NCBI GenBank assembly: GCA_020723345.1
Contig: DYJA01000002.1
Span: 137,544-201,543 of the forward strand
Origin: Candidatus Aquidulcis sp.
GTDB lineage: Bacteria > Chloroflexota > Anaerolineae > UBA4142
Direction: 5' to 3'
Length of the DNA stretch: 64,000 bases
Shown here: positions 9,369 through 19,169 of the stretch, piece by piece
Layout of the letters: each line of letters starts with the position of its first letter
How positions within the stretch are numbered: the first letter of the stretch is position 1
The notes under the pieces: generated by a model
The model's database searches: none
Told to the model about the DNA's origin: nothing
Seen by the model: the letters and a program-made list of their open reading frames with translations, nothing else
Program-made: the position numbers and the translations under genes

Positions 9369-10640
9369 GTGAGCAGTATATACGACTCGTTCAAGGACAT
9401 TATTGATCGAGACGCGGAGATTGCGAAGAGGAACCAAGAAGTCATTGAATTGCAGGCGAGACAGAGTAGTTTGCAATCCGCTTGCGATCAATCCAAGCAA
9501 ACGTTGGAAAGCCTCCAACGCGATGTTGCTCTCGCTGAAGAAAACCTTGAGCTACAATCCTTTGGTCTATACAAACCCCACTTTGATTTCGCGACTTCCG
9601 AATCTTTCAAAGTACGCCTGCAACGCGCTTGTGATGATCAGAAACGTATGGTCGCTGACGGGCGCGCCGTAATTTCTGAGAGACCATGGACGGTAAATGG
9701 TAGCGAACGCGAAGGCGAGCGGATGACGAAGCAATATGCGAAGCTCATGTTGCGCGCTTTTAATGGGGAATGCGACGCAACTGTTCTTAAAGTTCGTTGG
9801 AACAATGTCGTTGCAATGGAGGAGCGGATACGCAGAGCCTTTGAAGCCATCAACAAGTTAGGCACGACCTACTTTATCCGTATAACAAACGAATACCTCA
9901 ATTTGAAATTAGACGAACTACGACTGACGCACGAATATCAAGAGAAGTTATATCAAGAGAAGGAAGAGCAACGACGCATTCAAGAACAGATGCGGGAAGA
10001 AGAAAAGACACGGCAGGAAATTGAACGCGCTCAGCAGGAAGCAGAGGATGAAGAGCGACGTTACGCGAATGCATTGGAGCGAGCTCGCGCCGAACTGGAG
10101 AAAGCCAAAGGTGCGGAGGTCGGAAAGTTAAACGAAAAAATCACCCAATTGGAAGAACAGCTGAGATCTGCCCAGGAGATGAAGCAACGGGCAATCTCAA
10201 GAGCGCAATTGACCAAATCGGGACATGTCTACGTAATTTCTAACATCGGCTCCTTTGGCGAAAATGTCTTCAAGATTGGAATGACGCGCAGACTAGAGCC
10301 GATTGATCGGGTTCGAGAATTGGGCGACGCTTCAGTTCCATTTCCATTTGATGTTCATGCGATGATTTATTCCGAAGACGCTCCTGCACTCGAAAGTGAT
10401 TTGCAAAGTCACTTCAGGCAGTACCAAGTGAACTTGGTCAACGACCGTAAAGAGTTCTTCAATATCAATCTTGCGGAAATTGAAGAATATGCGCGCAAGC
10501 ATAGACTCAAGGTTACGATCACCCAGCTTGCCGAAGCTAAGGAGTACCGAGAATCAATGGCATTGAAGATACAAAATAAAACCAATGTTATGCCGCAACC
10601 GGCCTCGTCGTTTCAAAGTGCCATCCAATCGGTAAATTGA
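9369..10640 (+). CDS. DUF4041-type N-terminal region, coiled coil, and T5orf172/MUG113 (GIY-YIG-like) C-terminal domain protein
   Basis: LQSFGLYKPHFDF, KLMLRAFNGECD, EEQRRIQEQMREEEKTRQEIERAQQEAEDEE coiled coil, then GHVYVISNIGSFGENVFKIGMTRRLEPIDRVRELGDASVPFPFDVHAMIYSEDAPALE...NDRKEFF. GTG start. Region visibly AT-richer than its flanks. Confidence 0.8.
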   Translation: MSSIYDSFKDIIDRDAEIAKRNQEVIELQARQSSLQSACDQSKQTLESLQRDVALAEENLELQSFGLYKPHFDFATSESFKVRLQRACDDQKRMVADGRAVISERPWTVNGSEREGERMTKQYAKLMLRAFNGECDATVLKVRWNNVVAMEERIRRAFEAINKLGTTYFIRITNEYLNLKLDELRLTHEYQEKLYQEKEEQRRIQEQMREEEKTRQEIERAQQEAEDEERRYANALERARAELEKAKGAEVGKLNEKITQLEEQLRSAQEMKQRAISRAQLTKSGHVYVISNIGSFGENVFKIGMTRRLEPIDRVRELGDASVPFPFDVHAMIYSEDAPALESDLQSHFRQYQVNLVNDRKEFFNINLAEIEEYARKHRLKVTITQLAEAKEYRESMALKIQNKTNVMPQPASSFQSAIQSVN

Positions 10641-10837
10641 GAGGTGTTCCTTTGGACGCCAATTCACATGGATTTCAGATCGAAACCGAACAAGAGGATG
10701 ACAGTCGCTGGATCGCCGAAGTGATCGGAATGCCTGGAGTATTGGCGTATGGCAAGGCCGTTGAAGATGCCGTTGCGCGTGTTCAATCGCTTGCCTTACG
10801 CGTGATTGCCGATCGCAAAGAACGAGGTGAAAAGTAA
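10637..10837 (+). CDS. HicB-like (UPF0150) small protein
   Basis: FQIETEQEDDSRWIAEVIGMPGVLAYGKAVEDAVARVQSLALRVIADRKERGE resembles the HicB N-terminal fold. Overlaps the upstream stop by 4 nt. Start codon uncertain (TTG). Confidence 0.55.
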   Translation: MRGVPLDANSHGFQIETEQEDDSRWIAEVIGMPGVLAYGKAVEDAVARVQSLALRVIADRKERGEK

Positions 10838-10849
10838 CTTGCGATTTCT

Positions 10850-10882
10850 AATCCGCTCTCCTTTCGAGAGCGGATTTTTTAT
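10850..10882 (+). terminator. Rho-independent terminator
   Basis: aatccgctctc-ctttc-gagagcggatt followed by ttttttatt. Confidence 0.75.
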
Positions 10883-10963
10883 TGCGCGCGATACCACTAA
10901 ACTTGCCCCAGAATCAAAATCGCATAAACTAAACCCGGCATCACAACTTCAACCGAGGATACC

Positions 10964-12361
10964 ATGTCAACACCACGCGACTATTCCAAATTGACGAACG
11001 AACTTGCCGCCGAGTACGCGCGGCATTCCCCAAAGTCCGCCGCGCTGAACGAACGCGCGCTGCAAACGATGATCGACGGCGGCAGCCACTCACTCCGCTT
11101 GATCAAACCATTCCCGCCGCGCCTGGTCAGCGCGCGCGGCGCGTACGTGCAAGACGCCGACGGACACACGATTCTTGATTTCTGGCAGGGGCATTACGCG
11201 AACGTGCTGGGACACAATCCCGATGTGATCACCTCCGCACTTGCGCGCGCGTTTGAATCCGGCTTTGGCTTGCAGACCGGCTTTACCGACGAACTGCAAG
11301 TCCAAGTCGCCGAAATTCTCTGCAAGCAAACCGGCGCGGAACGTGTGCGCTTTACGACGAGCGGCGCGCTCGCGACGATGAACGCGATCATGCTCGCGCG
11401 CGCGTTCACCGGACGCGAACTCGTGATGAAAGTCGGCGGTGGGTGGCACGGCGCGCAACCCTGGGGCTTGATCGGCGTGAGTTTTATGAGCGGCGCGGAG
11501 CCGTGGCGCGCCGAAAGCGCGGGCTTGCCCGACGCGCTCGCGCGTGAGGTCGTCGTCACGCGCTACAACCATCCCGAAATGCTGCGCGAACATTTCAAGC
11601 AGCACGGCAATCGCCTCGCGTGCTTCATCGTCGAGCCGTTCATGGGCGCGGGCGGGTTTATGCCAGCGACCGGCGACTATCTGCAAACCGCGCGCGAGTT
11701 GTGCAATCAGTACGGCGTCGTCCTGATTCTCGACGAAGTGATCAGCGGCTTTCGTTTCCGCGCCGGTAATCTCGGCGCGCTGTACGGCGTCCAGCCGGAC
11801 TTGACGACACTCGCCAAAGTGATCGGCGGCGGAATGCCGGTCGCGGCGGTCGCGGGACGCGCGGACATTATGAAATTGTGCGGACGCGACGGCGGCAACA
11901 AGGTGCGTTTTCCCGGCGGCACGTATTCGGGACATCCGGCGTCTCTGCTCGCGGCAAAAACTCTGCTGACGTACTTGGTTGAGCACGAGAGCGAAGTGTA
12001 CCCGCGTCTCGCGCAACTCGGCGCGCAAACGCGCCAGGCGATTGAAGACGCGTTCGCGGCGGAAGGAATTTTCGCGCGCTGCACCGGGCATCCCAACGAT
12101 GCCGTGCGTGGCAGTTCGCTCGCGGTGCCGCAATTCCCGTACGACGAAAAACAAGCGCTGCTCGATCCTGACGACGTGAATGATCCCGCGAAATGCGACG
12201 TCGAACTGCGCGATCATCTTTTCCAACTCGCGCTCTTGCTCGAAGATGTCCACGTCGTTCACGGCGGCGGCGCGCTCAGCACCATGCACACGGAACAAGA
12301 CATCGCGCGATTAGGCGAGGCGTGTCGGCGCGTCGCGCGGCGCGTCAAGAAATCCATGTAG
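10964..12361 (+). CDS. Class-III aminotransferase (glutamate-1-semialdehyde aminomutase-like)
   Basis: 465 aa. FTTSGALATMNAIMLARAFTG, LILDEVISGFRF, DLTTLAKVIGGGMP (PLP lysine). Confidence 0.9.
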   Translation: MSTPRDYSKLTNELAAEYARHSPKSAALNERALQTMIDGGSHSLRLIKPFPPRLVSARGAYVQDADGHTILDFWQGHYANVLGHNPDVITSALARAFESGFGLQTGFTDELQVQVAEILCKQTGAERVRFTTSGALATMNAIMLARAFTGRELVMKVGGGWHGAQPWGLIGVSFMSGAEPWRAESAGLPDALAREVVVTRYNHPEMLREHFKQHGNRLACFIVEPFMGAGGFMPATGDYLQTARELCNQYGVVLILDEVISGFRFRAGNLGALYGVQPDLTTLAKVIGGGMPVAAVAGRADIMKLCGRDGGNKVRFPGGTYSGHPASLLAAKTLLTYLVEHESEVYPRLAQLGAQTRQAIEDAFAAEGIFARCTGHPNDAVRGSSLAVPQFPYDEKQALLDPDDVNDPAKCDVELRDHLFQLALLLEDVHVVHGGGALSTMHTEQDIARLGEACRRVARRVKKSM

Positions 12362-12384
12362 GACAATTTTCCAAATTGTCCTAC
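12358..12384. repeat. REP-like hairpin GTAGGACAATTTT-CC-AAATTGTCCTAC
   Basis: Perfect stem. The TAG of the 5' GTAG is the stop codon of the aminotransferase (12359-12361). Confidence 0.8.
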
Positions 12385-12415
12385 CCTGCGATAATTTTTC
12401 AAAGGAGAAAACAAA

Positions 12416-13408
12416 ATGGCAAAAGAAATCAGAGTGATTCAGTACGGTTTGGGTCCCATCGGTTGCATGATGGCGCGCCACGTTCTGGAACGACCGGGGC
12501 TGAAATTGGTCGGCGGCGTGGACGTTGACCCGAACAAAGTCGGCAAGGATTTGGGGCAAGTTGTCGGCGCGGAACGCGATCTGGGAATCAAGGTCGCCGC
12601 GAAGATCGCCGATCTCAAGAAAGTGAAATTCGACGTGGTTTTGCACACGACGAACTCGTACTTTGATCTGTTCAAACCGCAAATTGTTGAAATTCTCAAA
12701 GCCGGGTACGATGTCGTTTCCACGTCCGAAGAAATGTCGTTTCCCTGGCTCGCGCACGCCAAAGATGCGAAGGCGATTGATGCTGCCGCGAAACGCGCGG
12801 GTAAGACAGTGTTGGCGACCGGCGTCAACCCCGGTTTCTTGATGGACTCGCTGCCGCTCAACCTCACCGCGATTTGTCAGCGCGTTGATCGGATCGACGT
12901 GACGCGTTTGATGAACGCGTCGCAACGGCGCGGACCGTTCCAAAAGAAAATCGGCAGCGGGATGACGGTGGAAGCGTTCAACAAAGAAATGGCGAAAGGT
13001 CGCATGGGGCACGTCGGCTTGACCGAATCGGTTGGCATGGTGTTCGACACGCTCGGCAAGAAACTCGTCAAGTTCGAAACGACGGTCGAGCCGGTCGTCG
13101 CGGACAAACCCGTCAAGACCGACTATTTCGACGTGCAACCTGGATTTGTGCGCGGACTCAAGCAAGTCGCGCGCGCCAACTCGCCCGAAGGCGAATTTAT
13201 GACGCTGACCTTCATCGCCGCGCTCGACGAACCCGATCAGCACGACTTGGTCAAGATCACCGGCAAGCCGAACTTGGAAGTGCGGCTCACCGGCACCAAC
13301 GGCGACATCGCGACGATTGCGATTGCGGTCAACGCGGTCAAGCGCGTGTTCAAAGGCAAGCCGGGCTTGATGACGATGCGCGATCTGCCGATTGTGACGA
13401 TTTGGTAA
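12416..13408 (+). CDS. NAD(P)-dependent dehydrogenase, DapB-N-like / amine dehydrogenase family
   Basis: IRVIQYGLGPIGCMMARHVL Rossmann start and VLATGVNPGFLMD. Resembles 2,4-diaminopentanoate dehydrogenase-type proteins. Confidence 0.75.
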   Translation: MAKEIRVIQYGLGPIGCMMARHVLERPGLKLVGGVDVDPNKVGKDLGQVVGAERDLGIKVAAKIADLKKVKFDVVLHTTNSYFDLFKPQIVEILKAGYDVVSTSEEMSFPWLAHAKDAKAIDAAAKRAGKTVLATGVNPGFLMDSLPLNLTAICQRVDRIDVTRLMNASQRRGPFQKKIGSGMTVEAFNKEMAKGRMGHVGLTESVGMVFDTLGKKLVKFETTVEPVVADKPVKTDYFDVQPGFVRGLKQVARANSPEGEFMTLTFIAALDEPDQHDLVKITGKPNLEVRLTGTNGDIATIAIAVNAVKRVFKGKPGLMTMRDLPIVTIW

Positions 13409-13496
13409 GAAAAGACTTTTGAAGTGGCAATTGGAGCGGTGATTCACCCACCACATTGTGTACAGGGGGGAAGATGTCAAGAATGATTTTTCACGC

Positions 13497-13525
13497 TTGC
13501 ATATTCCCCCCGCGTCGTGTACAAT
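13497..13525 (+). promoter_or_regulatory. Promoter candidate
   Basis: TTGCAT, 17-nt spacer, TACAAT; 10-25 nt upstream of the candidate starts. Confidence 0.4.
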
Positions 13526-13534
13526 AGCGACGCG

Positions 13535-14215
13535 ATGACGGAGATCTTTTACGACGTCGAGACGAAAGAACTGATCGACACGAACGCGCCCGACCAAGAC
13601 GCGGCGATTCGCGCGCTGACGATGTCGGTCGGCGTGACGTTTTGCGATTGCCACGACGCGCGCACTTTTCGCGCGACCGCGCCGCTCATTCAACATTTGC
13701 TCATCCACGATCGCATCATCGGTTTCAACATCATTCATTTCGACAACACCGTGCTCGCGTGGTCGCCCGAGCGCCCGCTGCGCGATCCGCGCGATCCCGA
13801 TTCGCTGCGCGTCCCCGATTCGCCGCAAGACTTGAAAAAACTACTCGATCAGAAAAGTTTCGACTTGCTCGCGGATCTCGAAGCGCGCCTGGGACATCGC
13901 GTCGGACTTGCCGCGCTCGCGGAAGGATCGCTCGGCAGACAAAAACTCGCGACGGGTCCCCAAGCCGTCGTGTGGAATCGGCTCGCCGTCACTTTGCGCG
14001 ACAAGTGGCCCCTCGCGCTCACGAACGTTAGCGATCCCGAAGGCGCGGAGCGCGTCAACGAACTCGGCGAGTGGTTTCAAGAACGACTCGAAAAATATTG
14101 CCTGCAAGATGTTTTGCTCACCAAAAAGATTCTCGAGTACGGCATCGCGAACAAGCGCGTCGCGTACATTGATTTTGAAGGCGAGCGGCGCGTGGTGAAG
14201 GTCCAATGGAAGTGA
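13535..14215 (+). CDS. DEDDy-type 3'-5' exonuclease-like (RNase H-fold) protein
   Basis: FYDVET (Exo I), GFNIIHFDNTVL (Exo II), KYCLQDVLL (Y-x3-D, Exo III). Alternative start at 13517. Confidence 0.65.
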   Translation: MTEIFYDVETKELIDTNAPDQDAAIRALTMSVGVTFCDCHDARTFRATAPLIQHLLIHDRIIGFNIIHFDNTVLAWSPERPLRDPRDPDSLRVPDSPQDLKKLLDQKSFDLLADLEARLGHRVGLAALAEGSLGRQKLATGPQAVVWNRLAVTLRDKWPLALTNVSDPEGAERVNELGEWFQERLEKYCLQDVLLTKKILEYGIANKRVAYIDFEGERRVVKVQWK

Positions 14216-14286
14216 TTGGTCAATCGGTCAACCAGTCACCGATTGCCTGATCGCCCAATTGCCTGATCGCCTGATCGCCCGATTGA
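14214..14286. repeat. Tandem-motif element (caatcgg / gattgcctgatcgcc units)
   Basis: gattggtcaatcggtcaaccagtcaccgattgcctgatcgcccaattgcctgatcgcctgatcgcccgattg. Same motif family as 16705-16779 and 54452-54547. Confidence 0.7.
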
Positions 14287-14302
14287 ACATCTGGAGTCAA
14301 CA

Positions 14303-14902
14303 ATGACATTTGCCGAAAAACCACTCCAAACTCTCCTCGACGAACTCGCGTCCGCCGAGCCCGCGCCGGGCGGCGGGACCGTCGCGGCGTTGAGCGGCGC
14401 GCTCGGCGCGGCGCTCGTCGCGATGGTGTGCCGCTTGACGATTGGCAAGAAAGGGTACGAGGCGGTCAGCGCGGAAATGGAAACGATCCTGCCGCGCGCC
14501 GACGCGCTGCGCCGCGAACTCGCCGACTCGATGCAAGCCGACACCGATGCGTACACGCGCGTGATGGCGGCGTATGGGTTACCCAAGACGAGCGATGCCG
14601 AAAAAGCCGCGCGCGCCCGCGCGATTCAAGCCGCGCTCCAACATGCGTCTGACGTGCCGCTGCGTGTCGCGGACGCGTGCGCGCAAGTACTCGACCTCGC
14701 GCGCGTCGTCGCGGCAAAAGGGAACAAGAACGCGGCGAGCGATGGCGGCGTCGGCGCGCTGATGGCGGAGGCGGGCTTGCGCGGCGCGGCGTTCAACGTC
14801 ATGATCAATTTGAGCAGCATCAAGGACGAAGCATTTGTCCAAGATCGCCGCGCGCGCGTCGCGCGATTACTCGCTGACGTCGAAAGGGATAAGAAGGGAT
14901 AA
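14303..14902 (+). CDS. Cyclodeaminase/cyclohydrolase family protein (FTCD C-terminal-like, methenyl-THF cyclohydrolase-like)
   Basis: LLDELASAEPAPGGGTVAALSGALGAALVAMVCRLTIGKK. The last codons (DKKG-stop) lie inside the following repeat. Confidence 0.85.
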   Translation: MTFAEKPLQTLLDELASAEPAPGGGTVAALSGALGAALVAMVCRLTIGKKGYEAVSAEMETILPRADALRRELADSMQADTDAYTRVMAAYGLPKTSDAEKAARARAIQAALQHASDVPLRVADACAQVLDLARVVAAKGNKNAASDGGVGALMAEAGLRGAAFNVMINLSSIKDEAFVQDRRARVARLLADVERDKKG

Positions 14903-15007
14903 GAGGGGATAAGAAGGCAGAAGAAGGCGGGGAAGGCGGAAAAGGCGCGCGCCCTCCCAGCCCTCTTCGCCCTCTACGTCCTCTTATGCCCCCTCATCTC
15001 TTCTAAG
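14884..15007. repeat. Long imperfect palindrome of gataagaagg/gcagaaggc units
   Basis: gggataagaagggataagaggggataagaaggcagaagaaggcggggaaggcgg ... ccctcttcgccctctacgtcctcttatgccccctcatctcttc. Confidence 0.8.
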
Positions 15008-15012
15008 AAGTT

Positions 15013-16707
15013 ATGACCTCCGATCTTGAAATTGCGCAAGCAACCGAAATGAAACCGATCGCGGACATCGCGCAAGCGATGGGCTTGTCCGACGACGACG
15101 TTGATTTGTATCGCAAATACAAAGCCAAAATTTCGGCGAACGTGCTCAACAAATTCGCGGACAAACCGAACGGCAAGTACGTCGTCGTCACTTCGATCAC
15201 GCCCACGCCGCACGGCGAAGGCAAAACGACGACGACCGTTGGTTTGGCGATGGCGTTGAATCGCTTGGGTCAGCGCGCGGCAGTGTGTATGCGCCAGCCG
15301 TCGCTCGGACCCGTCTTCGGCATCAAAGGCGGCGCGACCGGCGGCGGACATTCCCAGGTTCTGCCGATGGAGGACATCAATCTCCATCTCACGGGCGATA
15401 CGCACGCGGTCACGCTCGCGCATAATTTGCTCTCCGCCTTCGTTGACAATTCACTCTTTCATGATAACTCGCTCAAGATCGATCCGTACACGATTGCGTT
15501 GCCGCGCGTCGTCGACATCAACGACCGCGCGCTGCGAAAAATTACGATTGGGCTCGGCGGGCGCGATTACGGCATCCCGCGTGAAAGTTCGTTCGACATC
15601 GCGACGACGAGCGAAGTGATGGCGATTCTCGCGCTCACGACTTCGCTGCGCGATCTGCGCGCGCGCCTCGGTCGCATCGTCATCGGCTTGACGCGCGAAC
15701 GCAAGCCCGTGACCGCCGACGATTTGCAGTGCGCGGGCGCGATGACGGTGCTGCTGAAAGAAACGCTCAAGCCGAATCTCTTGCAGACGATTGAACACAC
15801 GCCCGCGTTCATTCACACCGGCGCGTTCGCCAGCGTCTCGCTCGGCAATCATTCGATCCTCGCCGATCAAATCGCGCTCAAACTGAACGATTACGTCGTC
15901 GCGGAATCGGGTTTTGGTTCCGATCTGGGGATGGAAAAATTTTGCGACATTAAATGCCGTTACTCCGGTTTGCCGCCCGACGCGGTTGTGATCGTCGCGA
16001 CGGTGCGCGCGCTGAAAATTCATGGCGGCGTCGGGCGCGCCGTGGCAGGCAAATCCTTGCCCATCGAACTGACGCACGAGAATCTCGCGGCAGTCGAAAA
16101 GGGCTGCGCGAACTTGATCAAGCACATCGAGAACGCGCAATTGTTCGGCTTGCCCGTCGTCGTCGCGGTGAATCGGTTTGAGACAGATACCGACCGCGAG
16201 ATCGCGATCGTCGAACGCGTCGCGCGCGAGAACGGCGCGGAGGGCGCGTTCGTTTCCGACGCGTACGCGCGCGGCGGCGCGGGCGCGATTTCGCTCGCGA
16301 CGGCTGTGACGCGCGCGTGCGGCAAACCCTCGCGGTTCAAATTTCTGTATGCGACCGAATTGCCGATCAAAGATAAAATTGAACGCATCGCCGAAAAAAT
16401 TTATGGCGCGGACGGCGTGGAATATTTCCCCGAAGCGGAACAGAAAATCAAACTGTACACCGAACTCGGTTTCGACAAATTGCCGATTTGCATGGCGAAG
16501 ACACATTTGTCGCTCTCGCATGACGAAACGTTGAAGGGTCGACCGCGCAAATTCAAGATCCCGATTCGCGACTTGCGCGCGTTCGTCGGCGCAGGATTCC
16601 TCACCGCGCTCTGCGGTGATTTGCGGACGATGCCCGCGTTGCCGCGCGTGCCAGCAGGAACGCGGATTGATGTCGATGAGGGTGGGCGCATTGTTGGTCT
16701 TGTGTAG
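15013..16707 (+). CDS. fhs: Formate--tetrahydrofolate ligase
   Basis: 564 aa. VVVTSITPTPHGEGKTTTTVGL, PSLGPVFGIKGGATGGG, FDIATTSEVMAIL, CMAKTHLSLSHD. Confidence 0.95.
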   Translation: MTSDLEIAQATEMKPIADIAQAMGLSDDDVDLYRKYKAKISANVLNKFADKPNGKYVVVTSITPTPHGEGKTTTTVGLAMALNRLGQRAAVCMRQPSLGPVFGIKGGATGGGHSQVLPMEDINLHLTGDTHAVTLAHNLLSAFVDNSLFHDNSLKIDPYTIALPRVVDINDRALRKITIGLGGRDYGIPRESSFDIATTSEVMAILALTTSLRDLRARLGRIVIGLTRERKPVTADDLQCAGAMTVLLKETLKPNLLQTIEHTPAFIHTGAFASVSLGNHSILADQIALKLNDYVVAESGFGSDLGMEKFCDIKCRYSGLPPDAVVIVATVRALKIHGGVGRAVAGKSLPIELTHENLAAVEKGCANLIKHIENAQLFGLPVVVAVNRFETDTDREIAIVERVARENGAEGAFVSDAYARGGAGAISLATAVTRACGKPSRFKFLYATELPIKDKIERIAEKIYGADGVEYFPEAEQKIKLYTELGFDKLPICMAKTHLSLSHDETLKGRPRKFKIPIRDLRAFVGAGFLTALCGDLRTMPALPRVPAGTRIDVDEGGRIVGLV

Positions 16708-16779
16708 GCAATCAGTCAATCGGGCAATCGGTAACTCGTTGACCGATCCCGGATTGACCGATCGCCTGATCGCCTGATG
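16705..16779. repeat. Tandem-motif element (caatcgg / gaccgatcgcctgat units)
   Basis: Starts GTAGGCAATCAG, with its TAG serving as the fhs stop codon. Arms caatcagtcaatcgggcaatcgg / ccgattgaccgatcgcctgatcgcctgat. Confidence 0.7.
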
Positions 16780-16792
16780 GACGAGGTGACGA

Positions 16793-17770
16793 ATGAACAG
16801 CGAAAGCACACGCAAACTGATCGAGGACTTGGGCAGCGGTGACGCGCTCGCGCGCTATCGCGCGGTCGACGCGCTGAGCGCGCGGCGCGCAGAGAATTTT
16901 GACGATGTGCTTGACCTGCTCGCGCACGGCAATCCGCACCAGCGCGCGGGCGCGGCGGAAATTCTGGGGCGCTGGCGCGATCTGCGCGCGTTCGATCGTT
17001 TGGTGGCGGGAACCAAAGACGCGGATGTTTCGGTCCGCGCGCGCTGCGTCGAAGCGTTGGGGTCGCTCGACGCGCGGCGCGCGCAAAGTCCGCTGCTGCA
17101 TGCCGCGCAGGACGCGCATCCCGAAGTCCGCGCGTGGGCGGTGGATGTGCTCGCGCGCTTGAAGGGCGCGTCGGCGCGCAAGATTCTGCGCGCCGCGCTG
17201 GATGATCGCGATCCCAATGTGCGCTGGCACGCCGTCGAAGCGATTGCGCGCGGCGAAGGCAAACGCGCGGCGGCGCGGCTCGTTCCGCTGTTGAACGATT
17301 TTGACGCGGGCGTGCGCGCGCTTGTCGCCGAAATCTTGGGACGCTTGAAATTTCGCGCCGCGCAAGACGCGCTGATCGCTTTGCTGCGCGATCCCGATTA
17401 TCAAGTGCGTTGGCGCGCGGCAGATGCGCTCGTCGCGCTCGGCGATGGACGCGTCGCGGCGCACTTGATCCCGCAATTGCAAGACGCCGATGTCGGCGTG
17501 CGGTGGCGCGCGGCGTACACGCTGGGTCGGCTAAAGGCGAAGCAAGCCGCGCAGTCACTCGTCGCCGCGTTGGATGACAAAGACGCGCACGTGCGCGGAC
17601 GCGCGGCGGAGGCGCTTGGCTTGATCGGTAGTCGCGGCGCGTTGCGCGCATTGCGTGGACTTGCTGACGATAACACGCTGGCGGGCAGTCTCGGCGCGGT
17701 CGGCGAAATCGCGCAAGCGGCAATCGAAGAAATCGAAAAGAAAAATAAATCGCGTAGCAGGAAAAAGTAA
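16793..17770 (+). CDS. HEAT-repeat (PBS-lyase-type) protein
   Basis: About ten repeats of D.D..VR..A..ALG.L....A...L...L. Confidence 0.85.
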   Translation: MNSESTRKLIEDLGSGDALARYRAVDALSARRAENFDDVLDLLAHGNPHQRAGAAEILGRWRDLRAFDRLVAGTKDADVSVRARCVEALGSLDARRAQSPLLHAAQDAHPEVRAWAVDVLARLKGASARKILRAALDDRDPNVRWHAVEAIARGEGKRAAARLVPLLNDFDAGVRALVAEILGRLKFRAAQDALIALLRDPDYQVRWRAADALVALGDGRVAAHLIPQLQDADVGVRWRAAYTLGRLKAKQAAQSLVAALDDKDAHVRGRAAEALGLIGSRGALRALRGLADDNTLAGSLGAVGEIAQAAIEEIEKKNKSRSRKK

Positions 17771-17828
17771 TCAGTGACGCGTGCCGTCCCTTGTCACTTG
17801 TCCCCTGTCACATTCATGAGGCAGCCGA

Positions 17829-19169
17829 ATGAATTCACAAATCATCGTCACGCCCCCAGGACCCAAAGCGCGCGCGTTGCTCGAGCGCGACGCCAAAGTA
17901 CTTTCGCCGTCGTACGCGCGCGATTATCCGTTCGTGATGGATCACGGCAAAGGCGCGCAAGTCTGGGACGTCGACGGCAATCGGTACATTGATTTCGCGG
18001 CGGGCATCGCCGTCAATTCGACGGGACACGCGCACCCAGAAATCGTGCAAGCGATTCAATCGCAGGTCGAAAAATATATTCACATTTCGTCCGACTATTA
18101 TCACGAGTTGATGGTGCGCGTTGCGGAACGCATCGACGAAATCGCGCCGATGAAAGAAGACGTGACGGTCTTTCTCGCGAACTCGGGAACGGAATCGGTT
18201 GAAGCCGCGATCAAACTCGCGCGCTATGCGACGGGGCGGCGGCAGTTCATCGGTTTTCTCGGCGCGTTTCACGGACGTTCGATGGGATCGCTTTCGTTCA
18301 CCGCGAGTAAGGCGCGGCAGCAGGAACGTTTTTTCCCGACGATGCCCGGCGTGTGGCACGTACCGTATCCCGATCCGTATCGTCCCGTGTTTCCGATTCC
18401 GTCGAACGGCGATGAAGGCGACGCGGTCGTGAACTATATCGAAGATGTTTTGTTCCCTGAAGCGCTGCCTCCCGATGAAGTCGCCGCGATTCTGGTCGAG
18501 CCGATTCAAGGCGAAGGGGGTTACATCGTTCCGCCGCCCAACTTTTTTCCGCGCCTGCGCGAGTTGTGTACCAAGTACGGTATCTTGCTGATCGCCGACG
18601 AAGTGCAATCGGGTGTGGGACGTACCGGCAAATGGTGGGGAATTCAAAACTGGAACGTCGAGCCAGACATCGTTTGCATCGCGAAAGGAATCGCGAGCGG
18701 CGTGCCGATGGGCGCGATGGCGGCGCGCAAATCGGTCGGGGCGCAATGGAAACCGGGCGCGCACGGCAACACGTACGGCGGCAATCCGATTGCGTGCGTC
18801 TCCGCGCTCAAAACGCTCGAACTGATCGAGAAAGAGTACATGCGGAACGCCGCGGCGATGGGCGCGTTCATGCTCGACGCGGTTGCGGAAATGCAAGCGC
18901 GGCATCCGAGTATCGGACAGACGCGCGGCATCGGCTTGATGATCGGCGTCGAGTTCGTCAAAGATCGCCAGACGAAAGAACCCGCGCGCGAGATGCGCGA
19001 TCGGATCGTGCATCGCTGTTTCGAGCGCGGCTTGCTGACGCTCGGTTGCGGACGCAGCACGATTCGTTTTATGCCTGCGCTGATGATTCAAAAGGAATTG
19101 GTGGACGAGGGCTTGCAGATTTTTGAGAGCGCGGTGACGGAGACGGAGCGGCAGTTTTTGCATTCATGA
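17829..19169 (+). CDS. Class-III aminotransferase (GabT/ArgD-like)
   Basis: 446 aa. FAAGIAVNSTGHAHPEIV, LLIADEVQSGVGRTGKWW, DIVCIAKGIASGVPMGA. Confidence 0.9.
   Translation: MNSQIIVTPPGPKARALLERDAKVLSPSYARDYPFVMDHGKGAQVWDVDGNRYIDFAAGIAVNSTGHAHPEIVQAIQSQVEKYIHISSDYYHELMVRVAERIDEIAPMKEDVTVFLANSGTESVEAAIKLARYATGRRQFIGFLGAFHGRSMGSLSFTASKARQQERFFPTMPGVWHVPYPDPYRPVFPIPSNGDEGDAVVNYIEDVLFPEALPPDEVAAILVEPIQGEGGYIVPPPNFFPRLRELCTKYGILLIADEVQSGVGRTGKWWGIQNWNVEPDIVCIAKGIASGVPMGAMAARKSVGAQWKPGAHGNTYGGNPIACVSALKTLELIEKEYMRNAAAMGAFMLDAVAEMQARHPSIGQTRGIGLMIGVEFVKDRQTKEPAREMRDRIVHRCFERGLLTLGCGRSTIRFMPALMIQKELVDEGLQIFESAVTETERQFLHS

Noticed and set aside
10637-10837. Calling a HicAB toxin-antitoxin system.
   Set aside because: Only a HicB-like fold is suggested, and no HicA-like small toxin ORF is adjacent. 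The upstream partner is the 423-aa T5orf172 protein, so no TA system is asserted.
8743-11000. Integrative element with att sites at tRNA-Arg.
   Set aside because: I looked for a direct repeat of the tRNA-Arg 3' end (gttcgagtccctccaggcgc) downstream and found none. No integrase or recombinase ORF is present. It is reported only as a compositional islet.
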